Sequence record: MG589383 | DNA from: Shigella phage phi25-307 | Direction: 5' to 3' (one strand) | DNA length: 64,000 nt | Shown: positions 47,868 to 58,598 of the stretch, in pieces | Position numbering within the stretch: the stretch's first letter is position 1 | Layout of the letters: each line of letters begins with the position of its first letter | Made by a program: the position numbers and the translations under genes | The notes under the pieces: model-generated | What the model was told of the DNA's origin: nothing | What the model saw: only the letters and a program-made list of their open reading frames with translations | Databases searched by the model: none

Positions 47868-48173
47868 TTATTTTCCTCGACATTCTTTAATGAAATTTTC
47901 TAGATTGGTAGATTCAATAGCTTTTTTACGAGCTTCTGCGTGTTCTTCTTCAGACAATTTACATTTATAATTGACCCAGACATTATGGTCGAAACTAGTC
48001 GTGGCATATAATAACAATGCTCCAACGAATAGCAAAAACGGTGATAAGAATACAAAACCAGGAACACCATCCATATCGTAAGCCTTTTGTAATACTGCAA
48101 CAGAAAGAGCTGCGTAAAAAGGTGATGCAAATATTGTTAAAAGACCAATTCGGTTGGTTTCGCCTAATTTCAT
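47868..48173 (-). CDS. membrane protein (101 aa)
   Basis: hydrophobic helices. Confidence 0.5.
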   Translation of the reverse strand: MKLGETNRIGLLTIFASPFYAALSVAVLQKAYDMDGVPGFVFLSPFLLFVGALLLYATTSFDHNVWVNYKCKLSEEEHAEARKKAIESTNLENFIKECRGK

Positions 48174-48202
48174 AATATTCTCCTCATGTTTTAATAGGAC
48201 TA

Positions 48203-48232
48203 CTATAACATAGTCCTATCATGTTGTAAACA
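48203..48232 (-). promoter_or_regulatory. early promoter (GTTTAC-18-TATAGT)
   Basis: ggactactataaca ... gtaaac. Confidence 0.5.
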
Positions 48233-48243
48233 GTTTTGCGAAA

Positions 48244-49200
48244 CTATTTGAAAGGTTTTACCATATGGAAATTTTGTTTGAAACGTTTGACATAATCATC
48301 ATGTCCTAAGCTTTGGTACATACTTACTACTTTGCTGTAGTTTTCCCAGGCATACTCACGGAACCAACCAGAGGTGATGCTTGTACAGACTTTTTCTAAT
48401 GCCATCATAAAACTGGCTTCAGGGTTAATTTTAAAGTCATTAGGAATCTGAGAACGTTCTAATGCTAGTACACATGATTCTTCGTATACACCGGCCAATT
48501 TGACCATTTCTGGTAATGATTCGAACTTCTCACGTGAGGTCATGACTTCAGAACCGTCTTTCATATAAAATGTATACGCTGGACGGTCTGTTAGTGCAAT
48601 GGCTTCATGAATAGTATCATGGTCATATGTATAGATATCATCTTTAAAGAACGCACTTTTAGAAGTGTCAAGAACCGGGTGAGCATAGTTCAAGGTTTCT
48701 TTCTGGCGTTTCAGCATAATTTCAGTAAGTTCATCGTTCAGTGTAACACCTTTACCACGAAGATACTGAATATGGTTCATAGTCTTTAAAAAGAACGGAT
48801 TATTTTTCTTGAAACGATGAGACATCTTAATTGCAAGACATATCTCAGGAGTTGCCCAGTAAAACCCATTCAAACAGTCTTTAGACAAATGTTTCTTGGC
48901 GTATTTTAAAAGGTCATAAGAAGACGTGAAATCTTCAGGAGTGAGTTCACCGACTAATTCACGGACATTAGTGATTGCCGGAACAATATACGCTTCAAAA
49001 TGAGTTTCGCGTCCATTATGGAAGCATTTGAAAACTTGGACATCAGGGTTATCTTGATGAACATATACACCCATCATTTGATTTTTGAATGTATTCCAAG
49101 AACCTTGGTCTGCAATAAAGTCCCAGTCACTATTTTTGATAGCGTTAGAATCAATAAGACCATGATAGTGAAGTGCACGAGAACCAATAACTAACATCAT
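48244..49200 (-). CDS. hypothetical protein (318 aa)
   Basis: ORF. Confidence 0.55.
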   Translation of the reverse strand: MMLVIGSRALHYHGLIDSNAIKNSDWDFIADQGSWNTFKNQMMGVYVHQDNPDVQVFKCFHNGRETHFEAYIVPAITNVRELVGELTPEDFTSSYDLLKYAKKHLSKDCLNGFYWATPEICLAIKMSHRFKKNNPFFLKTMNHIQYLRGKGVTLNDELTEIMLKRQKETLNYAHPVLDTSKSAFFKDDIYTYDHDTIHEAIALTDRPAYTFYMKDGSEVMTSREKFESLPEMVKLAGVYEESCVLALERSQIPNDFKINPEASFMMALEKVCTSITSGWFREYAWENYSKVVSMYQSLGHDDYVKRFKQNFHMVKPFK

Positions 49201-49228
49201 AATATTTTCCTCGGATTAATTCATTAAC

Positions 49229-49468
49229 TTAAATTTCACGACATGCGATATCATATTCATCCCAGAGGTCATCGTGTGAAGCCTCTACCAATGGAACGAT
49301 TGTACCATTTATGTCTTCATTATAAGGGCAAATTGTACAGTGTGCATCTTCGAATCGAATGCCTTTGTGTTCAGATTTTTTATAACGCATATCGAATATC
49401 TTTGCAAACTTTTCACGAGTAATGGTTTTACCAACCACTTTGGTTCCGATACTTTCGTAATAAATCAT
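49229..49468 (-). CDS. hypothetical Cys/His-containing protein (79 aa)
   Basis: ORF. Confidence 0.45.
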   Translation of the reverse strand: MIYYESIGTKVVGKTITREKFAKIFDMRYKKSEHKGIRFEDAHCTICPYNEDINGTIVPLVEASHDDLWDEYDIACREI

Positions 49469-49496
49469 TGTGGACTCCGTTTAATTTGATAGGACT

Positions 49497-49526
49497 ACTA
49501 TAACATAGCCCTATCTTGTTGTAAAC
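49497..49526 (-). promoter_or_regulatory. early promoter (GTTTAC-18-TATAGT)
   Basis: ggactactataaca ... gtaaac. Confidence 0.5.
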
Positions 49527-49737
49527 TGTTTTAGCAAGAATAACTAGATGATACTCAGCCTTGAACAGTAATACTATTATTTGATACCGAGATTGCGTTC
49601 TGGAGATTCAGTCCTGCGGTATCTTCAATCCATAATGTAACTTCTTCGCGTTCTTCTGTTGCAATTTGGAACAGGTTTTCCAGGGCAGCTACTGCCGTAC
49701 GTACAGCACAATCTAATTCACGAGACATATGATTTCC

Positions 49738-50010
49738 TTAGCAAGTGTGAGAAGACGCAATCCAACCGCCAGTTTCGAGGCTCAGATTGTAGTCGTATTG
49801 GTAAACGTCAGCCCATTCAGCATAGCCGTTTTTTGTACAACGTTCAAGATCGGCTTTAAGCTGTCCGGGTGAATGATAGGTTCCACCCATACCATAAGCT
49901 GGATACAAGTCGAATGTTGTGTTTTGTTTATCAGCAATTTCTTTGGCAGCATCAATAGCTGCATAGATTTTTGCTACAGCTTCAGCCAATTCGGTTTGTT
50001 CTTTAGACAT
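49738..50010 (-). CDS. hypothetical protein (90 aa), paralog of the next ORF
   Basis: shares MSK..E N-terminus, YG.GGTY core and C-terminal SS..C with 50020..50325. Confidence 0.5.
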   Translation of the reverse strand: MSKEQTELAEAVAKIYAAIDAAKEIADKQNTTFDLYPAYGMGGTYHSPGQLKADLERCTKNGYAEWADVYQYDYNLSLETGGWIASSHTC

Positions 50011-50019
50011 AGTGATTCC

Positions 50020-50325
50020 TTAGCACAACGCAGAAGACGAAACCCAAGCACCTTCAGTAATAACGTAACCGTTACCTTCACGCTTAACATCGCCACCATT
50101 ATTTTCAATTTCATCTTTCATCCACTGGGATACGATTTCACCCTTAGGATAATAAGTACGACCGCTACCATAATCACCTACAGAAAATGATACGGCATAT
50201 TGGTCTGCGATCTTTGTTGCTTCTTCTTCGATACGTTCAGCTTGATTCAGAAGTTTATAAATTGCATCTGAAGCGGATTCGGCATCATTAAACTCTGGTA
50301 CTTTAATTTCAATAATCTTACTCAT
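50020..50325 (-). CDS. hypothetical protein (101 aa), paralog of the previous ORF
   Basis: tandem duplicate. Confidence 0.5.
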   Translation of the reverse strand: MSKIIEIKVPEFNDAESASDAIYKLLNQAERIEEEATKIADQYAVSFSVGDYGSGRTYYPKGEIVSQWMKDEIENNGGDVKREGNGYVITEGAWVSSSALC

Positions 50326-50681
50326 TTTCTACATTCCTTAATAAAGTTTTCGATTGTTTCATTTTCACGTCTAGCTAGGAGTTCATTATAACTAATCATT
50401 TGAGAAGCGTAAATCTTTTTATTTTTCTTGTTATGGTTTATAAAATCGTAGTAAAAATAGACTACAGTACAAAATGATGCGATGGATGCAAAGGCTTGGG
50501 TATACCGTAAGTCCTGCCATTGGTCTGTGAATCCACCAGTGTTCCCTATAAATCCTAACACAACGCCGTCAATAAGAAATCCGACTAATCCAAAGGCAAA
50601 TCCCATGCCAATACTCATAATAAAAATTAGAATGTTCTCGCCAAGAGAAGGCCATACGGTTAAGAGTTGAGGCTTTTGCAT
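50322..50681 (-). CDS. membrane protein (119 aa)
   Basis: hydrophobic helices. Confidence 0.45.
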   Translation of the reverse strand: MQKPQLLTVWPSLGENILIFIMSIGMGFAFGLVGFLIDGVVLGFIGNTGGFTDQWQDLRYTQAFASIASFCTVVYFYYDFINHNKKNKKIYASQMISYNELLARRENETIENFIKECRK

Positions 50682-51085
50682 CTTATCTCCTTAACGAATT
50701 CCATAGCTTCTTCATATTCATACTTTTTAACAGCTTCATCATACTGAGCTTGGGCTTTTGCGCACTGAACTTTCCATTCTCTTAATCGGGCTCTGTGATG
50801 ACGTCCTTGGTACCAATATCCCACCCAGTTAATAGGCATTAATAAAAATGGTACAATAAACGACCCGGCTATAATAAGTAAAAACACTGCATCAGACGAT
50901 ATAACTTCACTAGAATCTAAAACAGCTCCTATAATCATAAAGATTAAAAATGCTAAAGCTAAAATAGGGCCAAATAGTACTTCGTTTGGGATTAATTTAC
51001 GCTTGTATTCATACGCCCAGGGCTTACTTGGCATGTATAGGGTTGGCTTTGACATATTCTCTACATTCCATAATAAATTGCTCAA
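50660..51085 (-). CDS. membrane protein (141 aa)
   Basis: hydrophobic helices. Confidence 0.45.
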   Translation of the reverse strand: MSNLLWNVENMSKPTLYMPSKPWAYEYKRKLIPNEVLFGPILALAFLIFMIIGAVLDSSEVISSDAVFLLIIAGSFIVPFLLMPINWVGYWYQGRHHRARLREWKVQCAKAQAQYDEAVKKYEYEEAMEFVKEIRCKSLNS

Positions 51086-51641
51086 GGATTAAATTGTTAG
51101 TGAAATTAGGACTAACAACCATGGTTTCATAAAGCGCATCAATAGCACTTAAAGCATCAGCTCTTTTAAGCAAAGGCTTGCCTTCATACATAGTTTCAGA
51201 ATCGACGATTAACGTAAAGTAATATTTTTTATTATCGACTAGAACTTCAGTATCGATATAAAACATGTTAGACCTTAAGAGCTTATCTCTAAAACCATAA
51301 TAATCTTCAGAGCGTTCGCTGATATAGTCCCGTTCAGTGTTTAAACAACAAACAGACCATGTAGGAGCAATGAAATCAGTGAATCTAATATCATGGTCTG
51401 CAACTAGTTTAGCAATAGCTCTGATATCATGAATCATAATACCTGGGGCTAATAAAGATTTTCGGTTATTTGCATATTCAGTTGTCTCATAAGAAGACGA
51501 CCAGTACCATTTACGTCCAGTTGCAACATATCGTAATGAATCAACTAAAGACGTAGGTGGATTTACCTTATTTCGGAACTCTTCGAACATTGAGTCAATA
51601 TCATTATTTTGGTTTCGCATGTTAACTCCTTTATTATCCAA
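51024..51641 (-). CDS. hypothetical protein (205 aa)
   Basis: ORF. Confidence 0.5.
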   Translation of the reverse strand: MDNKGVNMRNQNNDIDSMFEEFRNKVNPPTSLVDSLRYVATGRKWYWSSSYETTEYANNRKSLLAPGIMIHDIRAIAKLVADHDIRFTDFIAPTWSVCCLNTERDYISERSEDYYGFRDKLLRSNMFYIDTEVLVDNKKYYFTLIVDSETMYEGKPLLKRADALSAIDALYETMVVSPNFTNNLILEQFIMECREYVKANPIHAK

Positions 51642-51669
51642 AAGGAGGACCGGAGTCCTCCGTATTATT

Positions 51670-52263
51670 TTATTTCAAAGAGTTAATATATTCTTGTACA
51701 TCAGCAGAAGTGGTTTCGACACCAGCTGGAGTGCCATTGAACGTTTCAACACGAGTCAGAGTGTCTTCGATATCAACCTTAGTCAGTGCAGCGATTTCAA
51801 TTACATCATCAGCCGTAGAGATACCAAGGGCATTGGCTGCTCGAGTTTCACGAATGTATTCGAGTTTGATTGCCAGATTCTGACGAGCATCGTCAAGTTC
51901 AACCACCTTACGAGCAATTTCAATTCGCATAGCGGCATACCCGTCAGCTTTTGTATTAAGTTGTTCGGCAGTTCGACGATACAGAAGACCAAGCTTGGCA
52001 TGCATGGTAACATCTTGTCCTTCAGCCAGGAGCTTACGAATTTCACGTTCCTTAGAAGCGGCTTGCTTGTTCTTTTCATTAACAAGTTCGCGAATACGTT
52101 TTTCTTCATTAATAGATTTAACAGAAGCCGTTTTTAGTTCTTTGATTTGGGTAATCAACTTATCTGCAGCTGCGTTATACTGTTCTTCGACAGTCAGATT
52201 TTTAGCCATAGCAGTACTCAGTTTAGTGCGGATGAATTCAACAAGTTTCTTCAGTGTGTTCAT
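51670..52263 (-). CDS. coiled-coil protein (about 197 aa)
   Basis: ATG at 52263 with RBS GAAAGGTAATAAT. Confidence 0.5.
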   Translation of the reverse strand: MNTLKKLVEFIRTKLSTAMAKNLTVEEQYNAAADKLITQIKELKTASVKSINEEKRIRELVNEKNKQAASKEREIRKLLAEGQDVTMHAKLGLLYRRTAEQLNTKADGYAAMRIEIARKVVELDDARQNLAIKLEYIRETRAANALGISTADDVIEIAALTKVDIEDTLTRVETFNGTPAGVETTSADVQEYINSLK

Positions 52264-52285
52264 ATTATTACCTTTCAATTGGTGG

Positions 52286-52330
52286 TTTATTATCCAATGA
52301 GAGCATTATACTCTGCTCTCAAGAGTTTGT
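52286..52330. repeat. second copy of the 45 bp palindromic intergenic element (see 22012..22056)
   Basis: identical 45 nt. Confidence 0.8.
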
Positions 52331-52333
52331 AAA

Positions 52334-52561
52334 TTATTTTTTAATCAAATTGACATAAAACTCGGCGTCTTCCGGGTGCATGCCTTCACAGTATTCTTCA
52401 ACCATGAACTTCTTAACAGCTTCATAAGGACCACTCAGATTAAGCTCAGTTGTCCAGAACTTGGAATCTTGGGCTGAATCGATACGAACTTCAGGGTGAC
52501 GGTTGCGAATAACTTCTTCGGTGTATTCATAATCAACGACATCAATACTAACTTTAGCCAT
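52334..52561 (-). CDS. hypothetical acidic protein (75 aa)
   Basis: ORF. Confidence 0.45.
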   Translation of the reverse strand: MAKVSIDVVDYEYTEEVIRNRHPEVRIDSAQDSKFWTTELNLSGPYEAVKKFMVEEYCEGMHPEDAEFYVNLIKK

Positions 52562-52802
52562 TTTGTTTTCCTCTTGATTTGATGTGATTACTATAACATA
52601 AACTTACTTAGATGTAAATTATTTCAACGTCACCTTTAGCTGCTTTATAACCTTCAGCCCAAGATACAACAGAGTTTTTATCTGAGGATTCAAATTCAGG
52701 CATTGGACTTTCACCAATATTCACACAATATGTTTCTTCATTTTCATCGAACCAAATAATTAAAGTAATCATTTTGTTTACTCCTCTGTAGTTGATAAGT
52801 CT

Positions 52803-52832
52803 ATAGTATCACCATCCTTGGTGCTTGTACAT
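52803..52832 (-). promoter_or_regulatory. early promoter variant (ATGTAC -35, TACTAT -10)
   Basis: ccatccttgg spacer family; drives a 52-codon ORF at about 52772..52614 not in the ORF track. Confidence 0.35.
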
Positions 52833-52840
52833 CATTATTT

Positions 52841-53146
52841 TTAATTTTTCCAACTTAACAACTTGTAGTGTCCTTCATTAACACGTGGTTTATCCCAAGA
52901 AATACTAATATATGATTCACTGTCAATAGAAGTCGCCGGGTTTTTCTCTACCGTAAGACCTTCACTTTCTAGCCATTCAATAGTATTTGCGCATAAATCG
53001 GAAGAACACCTAATCGGAAACTGGCAAGATTTTTCACCTTTAGATGCAGCGTTATACATCTTTTCTAAAATACGCTTTTGCACGTTTTTAAAAATAGTTT
53101 CAGCGGATTCTTCAGATTTTTTATTCAGTTCAGTATAAAGATTCAT
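52841..53146 (-). CDS. hypothetical protein (about 101 aa)
   Basis: ATG at 53146 with RBS GAGGAG. Confidence 0.5.
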   Translation of the reverse strand: MNLYTELNKKSEESAETIFKNVQKRILEKMYNAASKGEKSCQFPIRCSSDLCANTIEWLESEGLTVEKNPATSIDSESYISISWDKPRVNEGHYKLLSWKN

Positions 53147-53203
53147 AATATTCTCCTCATTAATAGGGCTCATAATATCTCAATCATAAGCCCGTGTAAA
53201 CAA

Positions 53204-53467
53204 TTATTTCATATTATTGAAATAATCTTCCGCATCAAAATCGTTATCATGGTAAACTTTGGTAGACGATTTGGCGTAACCTTCAGCTGAGAACATATTA
53301 ATCACAACTTTAATTGTATACCACTGTCCGTCTTCATTACCCATTACTGCATAGGTTTCATACACCGGGTGTTCGGGTCCAATAACTTTAATATCATTCA
53401 CCGTACGTCCGAAATCTTCTGGAACGCATTTCATAAAGAAGTTGAACAGTTCACCGTAATTATCCAT
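53204..53467 (-). CDS. hypothetical protein (about 87 aa)
   Basis: ATG at 53467 with RBS GGAGAA. Confidence 0.5.
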   Translation of the reverse strand: MDNYGELFNFFMKCVPEDFGRTVNDIKVIGPEHPVYETYAVMGNEDGQWYTIKVVINMFSAEGYAKSSTKVYHDNDFDAEDYFNNMK

Positions 53468-53510
53468 TTCATTCTCCAAGTTATTTTCTGTATCGGTAGT
53501 TGATAGTTGT

Positions 53511-53540
53511 ATAGTACCACGGAAGAACAGGGATGTAAAC
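53511..53540 (-). promoter_or_regulatory. early promoter (GTTTAC-18-TACTAT)
   Basis: gttgtatagtacc ... gtaaac. Confidence 0.5.
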
Positions 53541-53669
53541 AGTTTTGTGAAAAAAAAAGTTTTTGTGGAATTCTAGGGCAGGGAGAGGAAATTAAAAAGT
53601 AGGATAATATATTATAAAGGGTATAAACTAAATGATGTGCCTAGAGAGGTCCAGAAAGGCCTAGATACC

Positions 53670-53697
53670 AAAAAGCCCCAACCTTTCGGAAGGGGCT
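53670..53697 (-). terminator. rho-independent terminator (AGCCCC...GGGGCU + U5) closing the tRNA/small-RNA transcription unit
   Basis: same stem sequence as the terminator at 37927. Confidence 0.55.
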
Positions 53698-53745
53698 ATG
53701 CCTTGCGGCAACCTTGTCGGGGTTCCACCTGCTAAGGCAAGTGTT

Positions 53746-53896
53746 TGTACGAAACGCCGGGATTCGAACCCGGTTATTAAGCAGTTGACGCTACTCAATA
53801 TTTTTAAAAGGCCATATCTCGACCATATCCGAACGTTCCGTCAAAAACGCTACTCGGCTTACGGCAAAGATATTTCCTCGAATCGATAATTCTGTG
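53746..53896 (-). ncRNA. candidate tRNA-like small stable RNA
   Basis: ORF-poor; canonical T-arm CCGGG-TTCGAAT-CCCGG followed by CGTTTCG that can pair with GAAACG about 140 nt upstream; no cloverleaf found. Confidence 0.3.
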
Positions 53897-54008
53897 CGCC
53901 GTTTCTGCTGTGATGTAAGGGGATATTAACGAATCATAAAGATTTATTAAGACCAGTCCTTACTCAGGGAACATCAGTCCGACGACTTGCCGGTAGCGAC
54001 CCGGCTTC

Positions 54009-54353
54009 TTATTTTGGCATATCATCAATTTGTTCTCGACGCCGACGCCATAGATTAATCGCTTCATAAACACATTCTGCGTTTGGTATATGACGGCAAT
54101 AATATAATGATTCGCGTTTCTGGAACCGATGTTGTAATGGAATTTCGTTTAAAAGGTCTTTACGATCAAAGTATTCAAAACTAGTTAACCCAGAACGATT
54201 TTTAAGGAACTTCCAATGGCCAAATTCATTTTGGAAATAAACGTAATCAGCGTGTTGATATAACGAATTAATCAACCGGTCAGAAATAACTGTATCCTGT
54301 TCATTAAAATAAAACGTTAAATCATGAACTACCAGATAAATATTACCTTTCAT
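54009..54353 (-). CDS. hypothetical protein (about 114 aa)
   Basis: ATG at 54353 with RBS GAGGAAAAT; start trimmed to avoid tRNA overlap. Confidence 0.5.
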   Translation of the reverse strand: MKGNIYLVVHDLTFYFNEQDTVISDRLINSLYQHADYVYFQNEFGHWKFLKNRSGLTSFEYFDRKDLLNEIPLQHRFQKRESLYYCRHIPNAECVYEAINLWRRRREQIDDMPK

Positions 54354-54371
54354 ATTTTCCTCACTTAAAGT

Positions 54372-54448
<77 letters not shown>

Positions 54449-54454
54449 AATATA

Positions 54455-54528
54455 TGACCCAGACCAGATTCGAACTGGTAACCTTTCCCTTATGAGGGGA
54501 CTGCTGCTAACCGTTGAGCTACAGGGCC
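54455..54528 (-). tRNA. tRNA with CAU anticodon (Ile-lysidine type or Met)
   Basis: manual fold: T-arm ACCAG-TTCGAAT-CTGGT, anticodon loop CTCATAA; acceptor has one U-U mismatch and the D-arm is atypical. Confidence 0.6.
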
Positions 54529-54607
54529 TAAATAACTTTCTATTATGAAAGGCACTTTAGAGCACCTTTGGTAATAGAGTGTATGAATTAATAATAACAC
54601 ATAATTC

Positions 54608-55123
54608 TTAAAGCAAATCAATCATTTTAACGGTTGGCAAAACGATTTCTTCTTCAATATAAGCAAATTCGACACGTTCAACTACACGCAAGAAATCATA
54701 ATCATAATATTCAGAAGCATGGCCAAGAATATCAGTGAGACCTTCTGATACCAAATATCCGTTCTCACGGAACAGGTCAAATACACGTGATTCGTCTTCT
54801 TCAGATTTATTACCGAGGTCGACTTCAATATCAAAGACCTTTTTAATGAATTCTGGATAAAGCTGGTCTGAGAACAGTCCTTCAACCAAGTATTCATAGA
54901 TTAAAAGCGAGCAATCACTGAATAGTGTATTACCACAGTAACGTTCAGCTTTAGTACTAGAATGACGACTCTTAAATTTCTTCAAGAGATATTTAAACTG
55001 TTGGAGCTCATGCTCTTCTACACCAAATAATGTTTTGGTTTTATAGTTGTCACCGTCATTTTCCCAAGTAGTGACATCAATTACATAACCTTTAGGAATT
55101 GTACTGCCTAAACAAATATTCAT
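54608..55123 (-). CDS. hypothetical protein (171 aa)
   Basis: ORF. Confidence 0.5.
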   Translation of the reverse strand: MNICLGSTIPKGYVIDVTTWENDGDNYKTKTLFGVEEHELQQFKYLLKKFKSRHSSTKAERYCGNTLFSDCSLLIYEYLVEGLFSDQLYPEFIKKVFDIEVDLGNKSEEDESRVFDLFRENGYLVSEGLTDILGHASEYYDYDFLRVVERVEFAYIEEEIVLPTVKMIDLL

Positions 55124-55127
55124 TTAC

Positions 55128-55418
55128 TCACCGTACCATATTAATGTAATTATATTCAATGCAACGTAATTTCAAAGGATTCTTGAAAATATCATATTCA
55201 AGAGGACCTTTTTCTGTTTCAATAAAGAAATCAAAGTTAACTGTGTTAAATTTATCATCTTCACAGAGTAATTTAACCTGTGAAGACGAACGGTCGATGT
55301 AAACCTTTTCAACTTCAAAACATGTTAAAATGCCATAATCATCAATCAAGGCTTTAGCTGCTTCTTGATCATATTTATATCCATTTTCAATGGATGATAC
55401 TTTCGCATAAAGAATCAT
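55128..55418 (-). CDS. hypothetical protein (96 aa)
   Basis: ORF. Confidence 0.45.
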   Translation of the reverse strand: MILYAKVSSIENGYKYDQEAAKALIDDYGILTCFEVEKVYIDRSSSQVKLLCEDDKFNTVNFDFFIETEKGPLEYDIFKNPLKLRCIEYNYINMVR

Positions 55419-55420
55419 TA

Positions 55421-55813
55421 TTAACCTTTATCAACAATAGTATGTGTATGGGCATTTACGATTTGCCACCAGTCAAAACTATCGCCAAATCGTTTTGATT
55501 TATTGTCTTCAATAATTTGGCGTAATTCATCTTCAGTAGCGGCTTTCGCGATTAAATCAGCATATCCACCACGAGGATAATAATTATCACCTGCAAAAAG
55601 TAAAAAGTTTGGTTTAATATTATTAAACTCTTCAAGAGTAATAACTGTTCCACCAGGTTGAACAATATCTACATAACTATATCCTAATTTTTGAGCAGCA
55701 TCTACTGCTTCAAGCAGGGTATCATGAGCCCATCCAATTTGGCAATCTGGCTTTTCAGATGGATTAGCCTGATAATCCGCGTACACTTTATACATTCTAT
55801 TCACCTTTTGCAA
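55421..55813 (-). CDS. hypothetical protein (130 aa)
   Basis: ORF. Confidence 0.5.
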   Translation of the reverse strand: MQKVNRMYKVYADYQANPSEKPDCQIGWAHDTLLEAVDAAQKLGYSYVDIVQPGGTVITLEEFNNIKPNFLLFAGDNYYPRGGYADLIAKAATEDELRQIIEDNKSKRFGDSFDWWQIVNAHTHTIVDKG

Positions 55814-55982
55814 TTTTATCCATAACGATAGCGATTAAGCCGATTAGAAATGCTACTACCAATGAGATAGAATTTTCTGTTGTTGTCAGTAGTCCACAAA
55901 TGAATCCTACAAACATCGAAAAACTAAAAGCCATTGAAGCAATTACTACAGCAACATTACGAATCAGTTCAGCACGTTTCAT
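55797..55982 (-). CDS. small membrane protein (61 aa)
   Basis: hydrophobic; early promoter upstream. Confidence 0.45.
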   Translation of the reverse strand: MKRAELIRNVAVVIASMAFSFSMFVGFICGLLTTTENSISLVVAFLIGLIAIVMDKIAKGE

Positions 55983-56011
55983 TTTATTCTCCTCAGTAGT
56001 TGATAGGGTAA

Positions 56012-56041
56012 TAGTATCACTACCCTATCTAAAAGTAAACG
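56012..56041 (-). promoter_or_regulatory. early promoter (GTTTAC-18-TACTAT)
   Basis: gggtaatagtatc ... gtaaac. Confidence 0.5.
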
Positions 56042-56051
56042 GTTTTATAAA

Positions 56052-56360
56052 CTATTTTATTCCGCGTGATGCAATCGTATTCTGCCGTTTAACGCCAGTT
56101 TGTTTAAAGTTATGATTGTCGAGTTGATCGGTACGAGCAACTCCAAACGATGATTTAATCTTAGCTTTAGATCCTTTAGTTATAGAAATAAACATCTCGG
56201 GAGCCCCTTTCTTAAAGTCCGAAGCAATTACTTCAACACCGTTCTTAGCAAGTGACCTCAGAATTGCTTCCGCATACTCATCATCAAGACCCGCTTGAGT
56301 ATGAATAACGAATGTCTTTGGTGCAGCTGCTTCACAGATAAATTCTTTGAAAGTTTTCAT
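56052..56360 (-). CDS. ipI: internal protein, IPI-like by position (CTS MKTFKEFICE)
   Basis: CTS leader; 102 aa; adjacent to the 57B homolog as ipI is in T4. Confidence 0.55.
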   Translation of the reverse strand: MKTFKEFICEAAAPKTFVIHTQAGLDDEYAEAILRSLAKNGVEVIASDFKKGAPEMFISITKGSKAKIKSSFGVARTDQLDNHNFKQTGVKRQNTIASRGIK

Positions 56361-56390
56361 TTTATTTTCCTAATTAATTTTGATAGGACT

Positions 56391-56420
56391 ACTATAACAT
56401 AGTCCTATCAGCATGTAAAC
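56391..56420 (-). promoter_or_regulatory. early promoter (GTTTAC-18-TATAGT)
   Basis: ggactactataaca ... gtaaac. Confidence 0.5.
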
Positions 56421-56433
56421 TGTTTTGTGAAAA

Positions 56434-57119
<686 letters not shown>

Positions 57120-57123
57120 TTTA

Positions 57124-57858
57124 TTACCTTAAGATTGTTTCAATTTTAGAATAAAGCTCTTCTAAAGAGCCGTCGTTTGTAATAACTAAATCGCCTTCTT
57201 CAATAGGCAACCCAGCTTCTGTAATATGTTTATCAACGGATTCCGTACCAGAGCGAACCACATGAATAACTGTAGCACCCATCGCTCTAGCGGTTTCCAT
57301 TTCATGGACTTGACGTGTATCGGTTACAACATAGTAATCGAAATCACTTCCAATATAATCCATATAGTTTAATGCAAAAAGTTTAACCCAATACATACGG
57401 TCAAATAAATTAACGACAACATCCGTACCGAGGGCTTGCATAAGACGGCGGATTGACCATGTGTCGTTGATATTATTTATAGCTTCACGCAGGGCTTCAT
57501 ATGGTTTAATATCTAGATATGAATACCCACCTTCTAATGATGATAATACTTTAACATTATTAATTGGTAAATATTGACTTTGTAAATAAATTAGCGCTTC
57601 TTCTATTAATTCAATAACATCCAACTTATTGATATTTAATGGTGTTTCACGGTCATATCCAACACCTTCAAAGTATTCATATTTCAACTCAGTGAATACA
57701 TCAGGATTTTCAGCATGCCTACGTCCCCAGGCTATTGCTAGAGCGTCTTTAATCGGATATGCCAATTGGTATTTTACGGATTTAAAGTTTGAATTGATGT
57801 AATCGGCAGTAGTGTCTTTACCACTACGTTTGATGCCGCTTAAAAAGATTAGCTCCAT
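57124..57858 (-). CDS. 1: gp1 deoxynucleoside monophosphate kinase
   Basis: IFLSG.KRSGKDT P-loop; SIRRLMQALGTD..VN.FDRMYWVKLFAL as in T4 gp1. Confidence 0.9.
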   Translation of the reverse strand: MELIFLSGIKRSGKDTTADYINSNFKSVKYQLAYPIKDALAIAWGRRHAENPDVFTELKYEYFEGVGYDRETPLNINKLDVIELIEEALIYLQSQYLPINNVKVLSSLEGGYSYLDIKPYEALREAINNINDTWSIRRLMQALGTDVVVNLFDRMYWVKLFALNYMDYIGSDFDYYVVTDTRQVHEMETARAMGATVIHVVRSGTESVDKHITEAGLPIEEGDLVITNDGSLEELYSKIETILR

Positions 57859-57911
57859 AGGTTTTCCTCATATAATTTATGAATGATTATAACATACGGA
57901 GCTAGAAGCGA

Positions 57912-58496
57912 TTAACGCAAGGAAGGGTGTCTAGAAATGGATTTAGATTCGACCGCTTGACGTGGCTGTTGAGATACAATGACTTCACCATCCTTTTCTA
58001 TCGTCATATACGCGTAGTGAATAGTTGCTACGCACGTAACGGCAGGGTCAGAGTCTTCGGTGTAACTAAATTCAATTTCACTCAAATCAGAAATCCATGG
58101 TTTATAGAAATTTGCCGTCAAAACTACTTCGGTCTTATTGTTGTTTAAAATGTGCAAAGTAACAAACTCGGGACCATCTGAGTGGGCCGTATTATGTCCG
58201 GTTATATAGTTATTAGTGCTGAGCATCCATTTATACATGTTCATCCAGGACGTCATGTCTTCATCAACTATAAATCGTACAACAAAAGGGTCATATTCAA
58301 ATGTGGTGCCTGCACGCATTGCACGTCCTAACCCCATTGTGCCTGTCACAGTTTCAACAACAGGAATTCTCACACCTGGTAATGGAGCCGTTTGGGCATT
58401 GAGCACAAAACCTGAAGTTCGTGTACTATCTGGGATATCCACAACAAAGTTTGTTATATTTGTTTGGTTAAAAATCTGTCTCGCTGGACGAGTCAT
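57912..58496 (-). CDS. 3: gp3 tail completion / sheath stabiliser (by position)
   Basis: ATG at 58496 with RBS GAGGTG; T4 order 1-3-2-4. Confidence 0.6.
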   Translation of the reverse strand: MTRPARQIFNQTNITNFVVDIPDSTRTSGFVLNAQTAPLPGVRIPVVETVTGTMGLGRAMRAGTTFEYDPFVVRFIVDEDMTSWMNMYKWMLSTNNYITGHNTAHSDGPEFVTLHILNNNKTEVVLTANFYKPWISDLSEIEFSYTEDSDPAVTCVATIHYAYMTIEKDGEVIVSQQPRQAVESKSISRHPSLR

Positions 58497-58598
58497 AAGC
58501 ACCTCAAAAACGCTTTAATAAAAATGCAGTATAATGGTTTTAGGTCTCTTCCATTAATCCGGTTCAACAGAATATCAGAAGAACGGAAGAGAATAGAA

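Noticed and set aside
53746-53775. T-arm sequence CCGGGTTCGAATCCCGG suggesting a third tRNA
   Set aside because: No acceptor, D or anticodon stems could be built at tRNA spacing. It is kept only as a low-confidence tRNA-like small RNA.
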